The position numbers and the translations under genes are program-made. A stretch of DNA of 64,000 nucleotides from Balanoglossus misakiensis (taxonomy: Eukaryota; Animalia; Hemichordata): assembly GCA_040954595.2 (NCBI GenBank), contig CM082581.2, positions 14,085,921-14,149,920 of the forward strand, written 5' to 3'. The notes below the pieces were generated by a model. The model was not told the origin of the DNA, made no database searches, and saw nothing but the letters and a program-made list of their open reading frames with translations. Shown here piece by piece: positions 52,724-64,000 of this stretch. Every line of letters begins with the position of its first letter. Position 1 is the stretch's first letter.

Positions 52724-52873
52724 TTAAAGGGACAGTACGTACCCCATAGCATTTTATTGTTTTAAGTTTACATTGATGGCAGACAAAGGTATCAGGAATT
52801 TTGGATAAACCTTCAGAACTGAACTGTACTTATTTGCAACCATTTAGACTACCTACCAACTGTTCAAGCTTAA
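52724..52873. mobile_element. Possible degenerate Kolobok/T2-type MITE flanked by TTAA
   Basis: Left end TTAA-AGGGACAGT matches the TTAA target plus AGGRR terminus style of Kolobok/T2 MITEs. Right end ...taccaactgttcaagc-TTAA is only a partial inverted match (9/12 over ggacagtacgta). Confidence 0.25.
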
Positions 52874-55800
52874 TCATATCCGCAGACATGGAAAACTGCT
52901 CGTCTGTGTCATAATGAAATAACTAGGTAGGGGTGTTGACAGATTTCACCTGCAATATGAGTCATTGAACCCGCCAACTGTATAATTTGTCGCTTGGCTG
53001 GCCCATGTCTATATATTCATGGTCGACTCGTACAAAAATGAATGTTCCGAATCGGAGCAAATAAAAGCTGTCAGCATTTTTTTCATTTTCTTTATTACGC
53101 GCTCACAAAATTTCATGGATGGAAATGTTCAATCTCTCGGAGCATATTATAAAAAATATATCAGTGCAAAGTACGCGTGCTATAGGCGACAATCACAACT
53201 ACGAATGTGAAGAATCCCTTTTGGCAAACCCAACATCATAGATCACGTGAGACCGACAGTTGTTCAGTGACTGTAAGGCACTTTTTGCCGTAGAAATACA
53301 TTAACGAAATTCACGGTTTTCTTGGTGGGATTTTACCGAATTGGAAACTGAATAAAGCCTATGAATCTGCAACCAGTGTTCAAACTCCTTCAATGACAGG
53401 CACTGTGTGGACAAGAGCATGAGTTCAATACTGGAAGCTCATAACTTTTACAGAGCCAGCATCGAGAAAGGATTGGGCATGCGTTAAATATGTATTTCAT
53501 GTTTGTTAACAGACAATGTCAAGTCTAGCAGCGTGCAGAAGCCATAATGTCATGGATTTATCTGCAGTGTGCCCATTCCGGAAAAATCGTAGTTGAGAGT
53601 AGTACGCGCAAAATGTTCCCCGTTCTGTCCTCACTTCGAAGAGCACACGAAGCAAATTATGTTACCTAGACATGAGTCTGGAATAATCATTGGAATCTTG
53701 AGTCAGTCGCAAATCTTTATGCAAATCACACAATTCCAGCGTCACTCACAATTTGCTATTCATATTCATGTAGTCCTACATGTAATTCCTATATCAGACA
53801 AAACCTATGCGACACATTTTCCGCGGCCGTCATGATTTCAAATTTCGAAAATTTGACATCCCTTATCAACATCAAAACCTCTTTGTATGATTCACTGCAG
53901 CAGAACACGAAAGAGATTAGGATTTTATTAGGTTAAAAATGAAGAACAGGAAAACATATTAGGCCAATTTGTGTTTCACATTTTAGCCAAAGGCGCAGAA
54001 GTACTGGCGCAAGCTGGCTTTGCCAGGTTCAGATTCTGCCTATGGGGAGAGAAACTTTTTGAACTTAATTCTGCGGTGATGCGGCAAAAAGAGAGATGTT
54101 TAGTCCATATCATTTCAACGCATGACGGTGCACATCCAGAAAACTGGAGGGGGAGTAATTCTTACTAGTACATACTTAAATACAGTATATATAAGGTACT
54201 TCGGGTGGATGTTTATAATCTTCAAATACTGAAATTTAAAATTAAACTGCTGTCTTTCTAGAGCTTATATTGTCCGTGATACACATTAATGCGCTTGAAA
54301 AACATGACGAGACCTTGCCTTGTTTGAGTAAAACGCTGATCTCAATTTTCACTTCTCTGAGTATGACAGTAATATCAAATGATGTCGACCTTATGCGTGG
54401 GTGCCACGCTCGCAACAATACTAGCATTTGCATCAAGATAGGTAATTCCCAGAAATGGCAGCATATTAAAAATTTAGCACCCAAAACAGAAGTGATAATC
54501 ACTAAGACGTGAATGAGTTTATTGAGTTGTGCTGGAAATTGTAACGCCACGCAGATGTGTCTTTTCAGAGATGGGAATGTTATGAGTTGGTTTTGTGAGT
54601 TGAAGAAGGTGAAGAGTTCGGATCCCGCACATGAGCTTAAGTTCATCTTATTCATCTTGACCCGATATAAATTATAGATTAACAGGGACAGTCATCGACT
54701 TTTGATATAATTTTGAAGATTTGCGTTTGGCATTCAGATGACTATGAGGTGGCAATTTTTATTTCGTGTTGGGCATGCATGCACCATCTGAATACTCATG
54801 ATTGGCTTGGTCTCAACTTTCGTGCAAGGTCTAATGAGAAAAGGACAAGAGTTTGCGCATCCTGTGTTTAGCGTTTACTGTTGTAAAATGACAGGAATTT
54901 GTGTGTACCATATGGATTTTCGTCCATGCACGTGCACCATTTAATATTAGCATTACGTGACTTTTGTCTGCAATGTGTTTGTCTTGTTCCATATCAAACA
55001 CCTGATAATTTGTACAGGTCGATCGAAAAACCCGTCCTATAATGGGTTGGGGTCACATATCAACCCCGTGATATTTTTGCATGGGTCGATCGAGAAACGG
55101 TAATGTACAGCAAGTTAACGTGCGCAGAGGTTGATAATGTACTCAGCCAAGCCATCTAATTGAATGGCTGGTAAAAACTAACCGTGCAAATACACCAATA
55201 TAATGGAGGACTGGACCAAAAAATCAATTATTTTATGGGTAGCAGATGTCGACTTTCAAAATGAATTCTTTATAGTGTAAATTTTGTTCCACCAATTATA
55301 AAAATATTAAAGAAAGGACACGCACCATTTGATGAAGTTGTGAACATCGTCAGGTGACCTCGCATGGTGGCGCCAGTTAAGAAACATGTGTGACGTCATC
55401 CCCAACTTACCGCATGTACATGTATAATACACCACATTAGACTTAAAATTCTGGTGCAGTTGTGCTGATACAGTAATTTGGACACATTGATGTGAACTGC
55501 AGAGGTCCTGAACATCATCGTGCCATCCGGGGACTTTGAAGTTTGTTGCCATAGCAGTCGCCTGTTGTGCGGCAGCTGCGGTGACATCATGTTGCAAGAA
55601 AGTGTGAAAGCAATCGACCTTCTTGTAGATTTCATTCACGGGATCCAGACAACTAAATCTGAAATCGGTCGAATTGATTTCACAGTGACATCATGTGACG
55701 TCATGTCTCTACATTCACTGACGTTTGTGGCCAATGGCCGCCAGCAAACGCGCGAATAGGTGTTGACGCAGCCGCAGACTGCCGCATAGTACATCTGTTC

Positions 55801-58800
55801 CGTGAATGTAATCAGATCATATCATGATGTATTAAACAAAGATTGACTGTAGACTTCATTAAAATTTGAATTACTGAAACTTAGGATAGCTTTTCCTCGC
55901 GCTCTTGTAGAGGTTGTCATAGAAATGCGTGTTTAATACAATCAAGAATTTATAAGCTTTACTGATATTAACGTACCAGTGCATAATATAATGTCGCGTT
56001 ACGATTGTGTCTCCTAGCAACCAGAAATCGCCATTCGGGGAAATTCACACGCATTGTGAGGATGGAAGGTACTACCTCAAGGCGATTGTCTCCAAGTGAC
56101 CCGTAGATATCACATTGTGTCTACACTTATTAAAACAATCTTGTAATTTGTATGATCTTAGACCTCTACAAATTAACTTGTCCCTAGACACTAACATATT
56201 TTGAAACTACGTAGCGAAATGTGCCCTGAAATTAACTGGATTACGTAGAAAGCCTTTTTTGAGAAACATGTGACTTTCACCAAAACTGTAATCCAATTTC
56301 TTTAAGTGTACACCACTCACAATCGGTTCATTGCGAGCAGGGGTATGCCTTAGTCCACACTTTGTCGGTTCACTCAACAGTTTGACTGATATCTATACTC
56401 CTTTGCCCTCGTAAATGATTGAATTTTGATTGATTAAATTAAATCAAATTAAATTATGTGAAATGATTAAATTTTAAAGTATTTATCCATTTGTGTAGAA
56501 TAAGCGCAGACAGAACAAAATTTAATTTTCCAGACTGGAGCATGATAAATACTTCAGACCCGATGGATTTTTAAGATTAAAAAAAGATTTATTTCGGACA
56601 ACAAAATGAAACATCTACAGTTCCAACGAAGTTGTGGTTCTCGCCTTTGTACCATGTTTTCCCCACATTTCTCAAAATATCGACCGCATATAGCCGATGA
56701 TATTCTGGCAATTACAAGCGGGAAACTATAGTTTGTAATATGGTTCGGATTTCAAGCTCCATTTGGAGTTGTCTCGGTTTTTCGGGGATGGTCGAAGTGG
56801 AATAGGTGACGGTTGGTTAACTTTAACAAAGGTGACTGCAAGGAAAATGTCTTCACATCATCACAGGAAATCCATGTCAAAGTTCCAGTGGCCTGCGATT
56901 TTAGGACTGCAATAGACCTCAAATCAGGTCCAATAACCATATTATTTAAGGTTAGTTAATTGCCAGATCCACGAAACAAATAGACCAATGAGTACTACAA
57001 ATGGGCCACCTTGATCCATTGCTGAGTAGTGGTACCAGGTGTTCGGTAGTATAATACAGATCATTGAAAAATCTCATGTTTTATTCCCAAGATTTTTAAT
57101 GCACAGTTTCCATAGGTACAATGGGCACAGAAGGCATTTTAATGATGAGTATATGTGAAAGCATTGATACACATAGAATTTTCAGATATGGTGTATTTAC
57201 ATCACAATGGCGGTATGAAAAGCGAGGCATACTGGAATACCCACTCTCAGTCTATCTCAGTTTTATTCCCAGGGATGATGATATCTGGGGAAGTAAAGCT
57301 CGGAAACTCATTCAATAAAGCTGTCTTGGTTTAATTTGGTCATATTTTATCTCAGGCGATACATCGGCTCTGGAACCAAGCGCAGGGGAGGGCGGCTTTC
57401 TTCAAAAAAAGTAGGATGTTGTAGAAAAGGAAGTGCGCTTATATCACGCTTGTCGTCTGATAGAACCGGGCTTCCGGTTCTAATATTGCATATCACCATG
57501 AAGGACGATAACCGAGGACTAATGCTGTGTTTAATGGTCCATTTTTCAAATTTAAGCTCGGTTACGTGCTGCTGTGGCGTCCATCTTCCAGCAACTGCTG
57601 TCCCTTGGAAATACATTGACTAAATAATGGATATCAGGGTACGGCACCTTCGTGGGCCTGAAATTCCTTCAGATGTTCTCGCCAACAGCCGACTTGTACA
57701 TGTTGACAAAGTTGGTTTAATTTAAATGAATGTGATGACGAATGGGTGGACAAATGGTAGAAATATGCACCTGTCGCCACAACGTGCGAAGTCACATAAC
57801 TTTGCGAACTTGAAAGTAGATCTCAAATGTGCCAAGATTATTTTTAGAGATTGTTTATGAAAAATTAAAAAAAGAAATGTAGTACGTAAGCGTTCAAATT
57901 TATCCGTTAAAATGTTCATAGTAATACTGTAAAAGCTTTTTGTAGTCTTCCTCGAGTGGTGGCATGTATTATGAATGAGGGTAACACGTGGTTCTTAAGA
58001 AAATGTTTGCCGTGCAATCTGCTTTTTGTGGCTTCTTTCTTTCTGTTGTGAAATCATGGCAATATCCTCACTGCAATGCATGAGAAGTAATGTATGATTA
58101 CGTATTAACGCGGCAGTTGTCCGTATACTAATTCCCTGTTTACGTGAAAGTTTAATATACCATTGCGCGTGAAATCCCACCCAAGTCATATCACGCGTAG
58201 AAGCTCGGAATCGAAATTGTCGCTTGAAATAATGCGAAATTGTAAGACATCCAAATAATTAATCAGACACTTTCCCAGCGTCTAACAAAACAACAACAAC
58301 AACATTGAATCGCCAGGTTCAGTGGCGTGAAAAATTCTTGTACTGCGACTTCCTCTTGGAATTTATATTTCTTTCATGTAATATTTTCCCATAAAACTGA
58401 GTCCAATCAAAACCATCAAAGTGGCCGATTGCATTTATACAGGCACAGAATCACTACAGATGTCAGTTAAGTGCCCCAATCCATAGCAGGGGGTTTGCAG
58501 CGTGATGTCAACTCTAAGTAACAGCAATCAACTTTTAAACGTCTATGACAGAGATGTGAGCAATTACACGTATAAAAATATCGCTCAATCAAAAGTATTG
58601 CCGTTGAATAAAACGCTCCGGCTCTCTGCTCGTTTCAGCTTTTACAATGTTCTGGTTACGATCAGCGACGGTGTCGTTATATTTACGTCGTTGCGTTACT
58701 GTCAAGTGTTCTCAGCAATGCACCTTTTAATGTGGCGATTTTAGTCGATTAAGGTGCCTCCTAAGGTATGTGCCACCTGCTATTTCAGCGGCTGAAAACC

Positions 58801-60959
58801 GTCAGACTCGTGCGTGTTTCTGTGAATTAAACTCCTCTCCTTTTACACGCTGCCTTGTCATCGTATTATCGACGCAGTTACTATTTTTGTCATTTGCGGC
58901 GCGTTTGACTTCACATTCTCGCCAATGTGACGCTTCCCACGTGGTACTGTTAGCATTACATTGACCTTTTTGTAAAGTCTGACAAGATTTTGAATTAGTA
59001 CTGCAAAATTCGAGCCTCTAAATAAAACGTCCTTCAATATATAACCACCAGTGAAATGAATATGCTTTCGTGTCTGTGGAATAACTGCTGCTTGACTGTA
59101 AAGGTTTGAAAGTTACCTTGTCTCTGCTTTGTTGGTCTTGTGTAAAAGTGTAGCCAAGTGTTGAAGTCATTAATTATGCAGATGATATAAATTGTTCAAA
59201 TCATGTTCTATGGCAAGAGGTATGCATCAGTGACGAGCGTTGAAATTGATATTATTCAGTCTATCTTTTCAAATGGAAAGGTCAGAGTGTCACATATGTC
59301 AATTGTGTTTTCTGTGTAACCATAAATTGCCTGTTCATGTATAGTCACGCGAGGTCCCGCAGTGTCGCTTGGAGTTCGGAAAATGGCCTATTGTATTCAC
59401 GGAATTCGAACTAGAACCCTTTCTTTCATAAATCGTGTGGAAGGAAATGCAATTTGAAACTCAGTGCCCAAAACAGTTGTATGGTACCAGCAGGATTTTT
59501 TCAGTGACCTACCCAAAAAAGTCACATGGATAATAGTGTAGCACATGCGTAGTGCGTGAGCTTCTTCAGAGCTGCCTGAGCTGCGACCGCTCGACCACTA
59601 CTGCAAGTCAATGACGTCATACCAACAGTGATTGAGAGTTGGTTTCGTGCGCATTTGATTTTGTTTGGTTAGGCTGTGTCGTGCTTTTCTTTTGCAAAGT
59701 TGTCTCAGATCATCTATCAACGCTAAACTTACTTTGACGTTTTTTGAATTATTACTAAAATTAAAAGCCTTCGGCAGATTGATAATAATTATTGCATGTT
59801 TATGATGGATGAGTTAATTTCTCTCCGGGATATCGTAAACTCTGGCCACTTTTTTATTTTTCTTCATAATAAATTGTGTCTTGCAAAGTAATATAAATAA
59901 TGTCCCCTACATTTCCTCATTTCACGGATGGTATTTAAGGTGGGTGAATCGCTTTCCACTTTTCGTGAATTCTGACTTTAGAATCAGTATTTTTGTTATC
60001 AACAAAAACAGTTCTTCGTACGGAATGCGCTTATATGTGAAGTTCTCAAGGGGCAAATTATGCTTGGTTAAGAAAAGCATATTGAAGTTTGTAATAGCTT
60101 CAGCGACTCCGATCAAAGGTCACTTTTTATATCTTTGCCATAGCCGCACGTATTATAGTAATGAGTTAGAATAATTCCATCAGCTGCATTTGAACATTTA
60201 TTACAAGAAGAAACATGGCGACGTGATGCAGCCAATATGAGCAATCGTTTTATTTTGTGGGTGATTTTTAGACTTCCGAAAACAGTTTTCGAAAAAGTAA
60301 CCTTCTTGAAAGAATTGAAGATAAAGACTAGTTTGAGAATATTTTATGCAAGTGTCCTGTGACAAACAATCATTTTAAGAGTATTAAACAAAATGTTACA
60401 TTTTGCTCGAATGCATCATTACAATAAGTACATGCTCAGACAATCTAACCTTTCAAGGTTTCCAAGGAGATAAGATACATGTACGACTTTCTTTTACCAT
60501 CTAACAAATACAGATTACCATGGAGTTTCGTCTGTTAGCCAGAATGTAAAATGTGGGGACAAATACGTGTTATGGCCAGAATGAAGTAGTTCTACTAACC
60601 TTCAGTTTGAAATATATTACATAATAAACTATCGCGTATTAATCTCAAATACAGTTATTAGTGATACGAGCGATAGCCCAGCTCTAAATGTGCTGTTATC
60701 AGTCCAAATGGAATAATCAACTAATGGAGGAAACACTCTAGGAGTGTCTATATTGGCAACTGCGGTACAATGCTTCTTATCGTAAATATTTTATATTACA
60801 CAGGAAACGCGCGTTCATACACGTGTACATGTAAATGATCTCTGCGCGGAATGATGGCAGCATATGGGTGATATCAGTCCGCGATCGTAGACGATTATTT
60901 TATTTGCGAACGAGGTCAGTGCTAGTGGAGAACATTGGAGTGCATTTGTTGTCAGTTGT

Positions 60960-60975
60960 GGGGGGGGGGGGGGGG
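60960..60975. repeat. Poly-G homopolymer (G16)
   Basis: Directly visible run of 16 G. Confidence 0.95.
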
Positions 60976-61752
60976 TTGTCACGTGATCCGTAGCATCACT
61001 TCATGTGGATGACATTTTAAAGAGAAGGCGCATTGTTAGGATCATGTTATTAACTCTCGTGACAAACGATACTGTCACAGAACAAACGGTGTTTTCAACG
61101 GCACATACAAAAGATTACAATTGTTGTTAAACTCTTTACCTGTTCTTGTTTCATACAAAGCTTAATTTGTATTACTTGGCTGCCAACCCGTTGCTATGGC
61201 AATTAACCAAGCCTCGCGAGATCACGCAATGAGCGGAAAATCGTCTATTGTGCCGCAGAGTCGCGGCGGAAATCATAACATCTATTTCTTCTTTCAAGCC
61301 CTTCATGAAATACGACGCAACACATTCGGATGACTGCGTCTTGGCCATATCAATGTTCCAGTGCATCCCTTTCTCAATAGTTCCCGCAGAGTTCGGAAGT
61401 TCACTCTCGCTGTATGACGACATACTTCTTTTCTCCTTTTCCGCTGATTAATATAATATCCCAGAGGACTCCGCAGAGAGACATTGAACATTGCCAACTG
61501 TCTCATTTTCTATTTACAGCCCAGTGAGTCCATTTTTTTAGATATATATTAGAAATTGGAGATGAAGTTAATTCGCGAAAGCTCTATGAATTTTAAATGT
61601 AATAATTTGGCGACAGTAACGTCGACCACTGTCTTCTGTCTGTCCCGATTGATCAAGGTGTCTAACAAGGGGAGACTGCAAGAAAGACGAACAATGTTGC
61701 GTGAAATGCCGTCTAGATCAAATCGACAGGGGGACAGGTTTGAGTCATTCGT

Positions 61753-61910
61753 ACAGATAGATAGAGACAAAGAGATAACAGAGAAGAGAAATAGACTAAG
61801 AGAAGCATAGGATAGACTGAGTGGAAGAGTGGACACACAAAGAGACATCAGTAGACTCTGAGGAGGGAGAGGAAAAAAGAGAGAAAACACACAAAGCGAT
61901 AGAGACAGGC
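61753..61910. repeat. GA-rich low-complexity tract (decayed AG/ACAG/ATAG microsatellite)
   Basis: Strongly purine-skewed agatag/agagac/agaga words. This explains the S/L-rich and R/E/K-rich spurious ORFs here. Confidence 0.75.
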
Positions 61911-62308
61911 ATCCTGAGCGTTGCACGACAGGAAGCTATACGAAATGCAATCTTAAAGTTATTCGGGTTGTACAAAATGGACAACTCCTCCAACACTTTA
62001 GTTGGCCTTCTCCAGGTGATACTGTGCGATTAATACGTCACACGCTGGGTAGAACGATTTGTCACCGATTATTAAACGGCAGCTGAAGAAACATCCGACG
62101 AAGAAGTGATCAATAAAATGTCACATGTTTAGCCGCGTTTGTGGACATTGGCCTTTATTTATCATGTGATAAATTAAAAGTTGAAACTCTTACCCTGGTA
62201 TAATTTTCACGTAAATTTAAAATTGCTAATAATGTACTTTTCGTTTAATATTAATTATAAATGCGTTGAACACTTTTCTGACATACTACACTTCATGCAT
62301 TTGTTGCA

Positions 62309-62362
62309 AGGCAGGCAGACAAACAGGGGAAAGACAGGCAGGCAGAGAGACAGGGGAAAGAC
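62309..62362. repeat. Tandem duplication, 2 x 27 bp
   Basis: aggcaggcagacaaacaggggaaagac followed by aggcaggcagagagacaggggaaagac (2 mismatches). Confidence 0.9.
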
Positions 62363-63040
62363 ATTGTTTGTCGTTTCTATTCCTGAATGTGCCTGTATAT
62401 TATGGAAAATGAATTTGTAATTACAGTGATCCCCTTTTCGTTGCGGAAAATATAGAGATGGGTTTTAGACAGTCATACCGCCGTAGATTGCAGAAAATGT
62501 ACCATTTTGAACCATGTTGATAGCTTCCTTGAGGGATATTGAAATTAGGTTTGCTTTCAAAATGAAACATGATGTTAGATGTCCCCCGCAGGCAGAATAA
62601 AACTTTTTATTTTAACATCTATGACTGGCGTATAGTACTAGTAGGGAACTTAGATCGTCATAGACTCAGTTACTAGTATTTCTGCTGTCCCTGCAAGATG
62701 CTTGTGCATATATTGTGTGTTGGTGAGGCCGTGAAGTTGTTATTGTAGACTTCAACTCGTGTGTTATGGTGTTCGGATTGTCTAGACGCCTTTTCCCATA
62801 ACAACATAAAACACGCCACAAAATATTATCAACTGGAAAAGAGATAAAAAGATCACATTTCTGGTAATAAATGCTATGAATAATTCATAGTTTTTATGTA
62901 ATGGTCTTCCTGTTTTATTCCTAGAAATCAATGTTGATAAATTAATGCAGCACATCATTTCTGATAAAAGGATTCATTCTAGCGGATTCAATTCTGTTCA
63001 ATCCGATATAGTCAGTTTTATTGGATGGTGGCATTAATTT

Positions 63041-63050
63041 GGGAATTTCC
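63041..63050 (+). promoter_or_regulatory. NF-kB/Rel consensus site GGGAATTTCC
   Basis: Exact match to GGGRNWYYCC. It is a single isolated site and its function is unproven. Confidence 0.2.
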
Positions 63051-64000
63051 CCGCGAAATTCACATTCATTAAAATATGTGAATCGTTCCATAAAGTTTCC
63101 ACTTTCCCCCGCACTGCAGCAGACGTATCAGATAAATGATTTATTTTTATCGTGCCAGAAATGAACTCCCGTGTCGTTTAAAATGGATGATTACTCTCCG
63201 TATTCATATTAAGAATTACCATCCCGTGAACAGCCAACAACCTGCTCGACTTTGAATCGATGAACACGAAAAAGAACGTAAACTTTTAGACGCACGTACT
63301 ATGGTATGATTTATAGTGCGACAAGTAACTTGATTTCGATTTTATTCTCTGGTGTTCTACTATTTGATATTCTTAATCAAAATGCGCTATATGCCAAGGC
63401 CATAAGCAAATTGAATAGGCCCTATACTGATATGGACATTTCAATTTCTCGACCTTAAATCCACAATCGAAAAATTTCATGATTTGTCACGGAGAAAATA
63501 GTTTCATTTCATCAAAACAAGTGAACCAATGTAAGATTGTTAATGACAAATGTACTTAATGTCACCCTGTGTGCTTAAGTCGAACATGTACATAACAATA
63601 TTTTACAATACATTTCATTAGTCACAAATATGACAGATGTGCATATGACTTTGAACGCACTGATTCAGCTGACAGGTGTAACGTCTTAACGACTCAAATG
63701 GTCGATATTTCACGATGTGTTCTTTTCATTTTGCAAATGTACAGTAATACAGTACACTCGTAAAAATGCACGTCTTCACTTTATGAATACAAAGGTTTAT
63801 GAGAATTGCCACGTGATGTTAATCTAATCATCACTTTTGTGAAACTCATTTGTGAAGGATGGAAACTTGAAAAAAAAATAATGCGGTGTCTAATTAACTT
63901 GTAAAGGTAGCAAGATTGATGGTACTAATACAATACTGAAGGAAACTTGAACGCATATCATTAAAGAAGCTGTTGCATCCCGGAAAAGATAGGGAGAATA

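Noticed and set aside
56070-56125. ACCCGTAGAT (miR-100-like 5' end) next to TACTACCTCA (let-7 complement)
   Set aside because: These are only 10-nt matches, in opposite orientations, with diverging 3' halves and no pre-miRNA-length stems. This is not the miR-100/let-7/miR-125 cluster.
61549-62033. ORFs of 125, 84, 70 and 66 aa
   Set aside because: They are products of GA-rich low-complexity sequence (S/L-rich or R/E/K-rich translations).
1-64000. Prokaryote-type systems (CRISPR array, operons, IS elements, defence islands) and autonomous transposon ORFs (RT, transposase, integrase)
   Set aside because: No regularly spaced repeats, coding density far too low, eukaryotic splice and microsatellite features present, and no catalytic motifs in any translated ORF.

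Overview
AT-rich (roughly 35-40% GC by eye) eukaryotic-looking genomic DNA with no obvious CpG depletion. It most resembles a marine invertebrate, possibly a deuterostome such as a hemichordate, amphioxus or echinoderm; this is inference from composition and motif style only. I found no recognisable protein-coding gene, tRNA, rRNA, CRISPR array or autonomous transposon. The longest ORF in the track is 152 aa, and none carries an intact domain motif I can identify. The window therefore reads as a gene desert or the interior of a very large intron. What the sequence supports is: (1) simple repeats and homopolymers; (2) a few possible non-autonomous transposon remnants; (3) a cluster of + strand transcription and splicing signals at about 19.6-25.5 kb (TATA plus Inr at canonical spacing, strong acceptors, a 103-nt intron, a 43-aa acidic sORF), suggesting an unannotated spliced lncRNA or micropeptide transcript; (4) scattered - strand exon-like segments; (5) over-represented palindromic or regulatory words (TACATGTA, TCACGTGA, TGACGTCA, RFX X-boxes, E2F-type GGCGGGAAA). 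I cannot support a claim of a new biological system from sequence alone. All motif counts were made by eye and all expectations are rough independent-base estimates.
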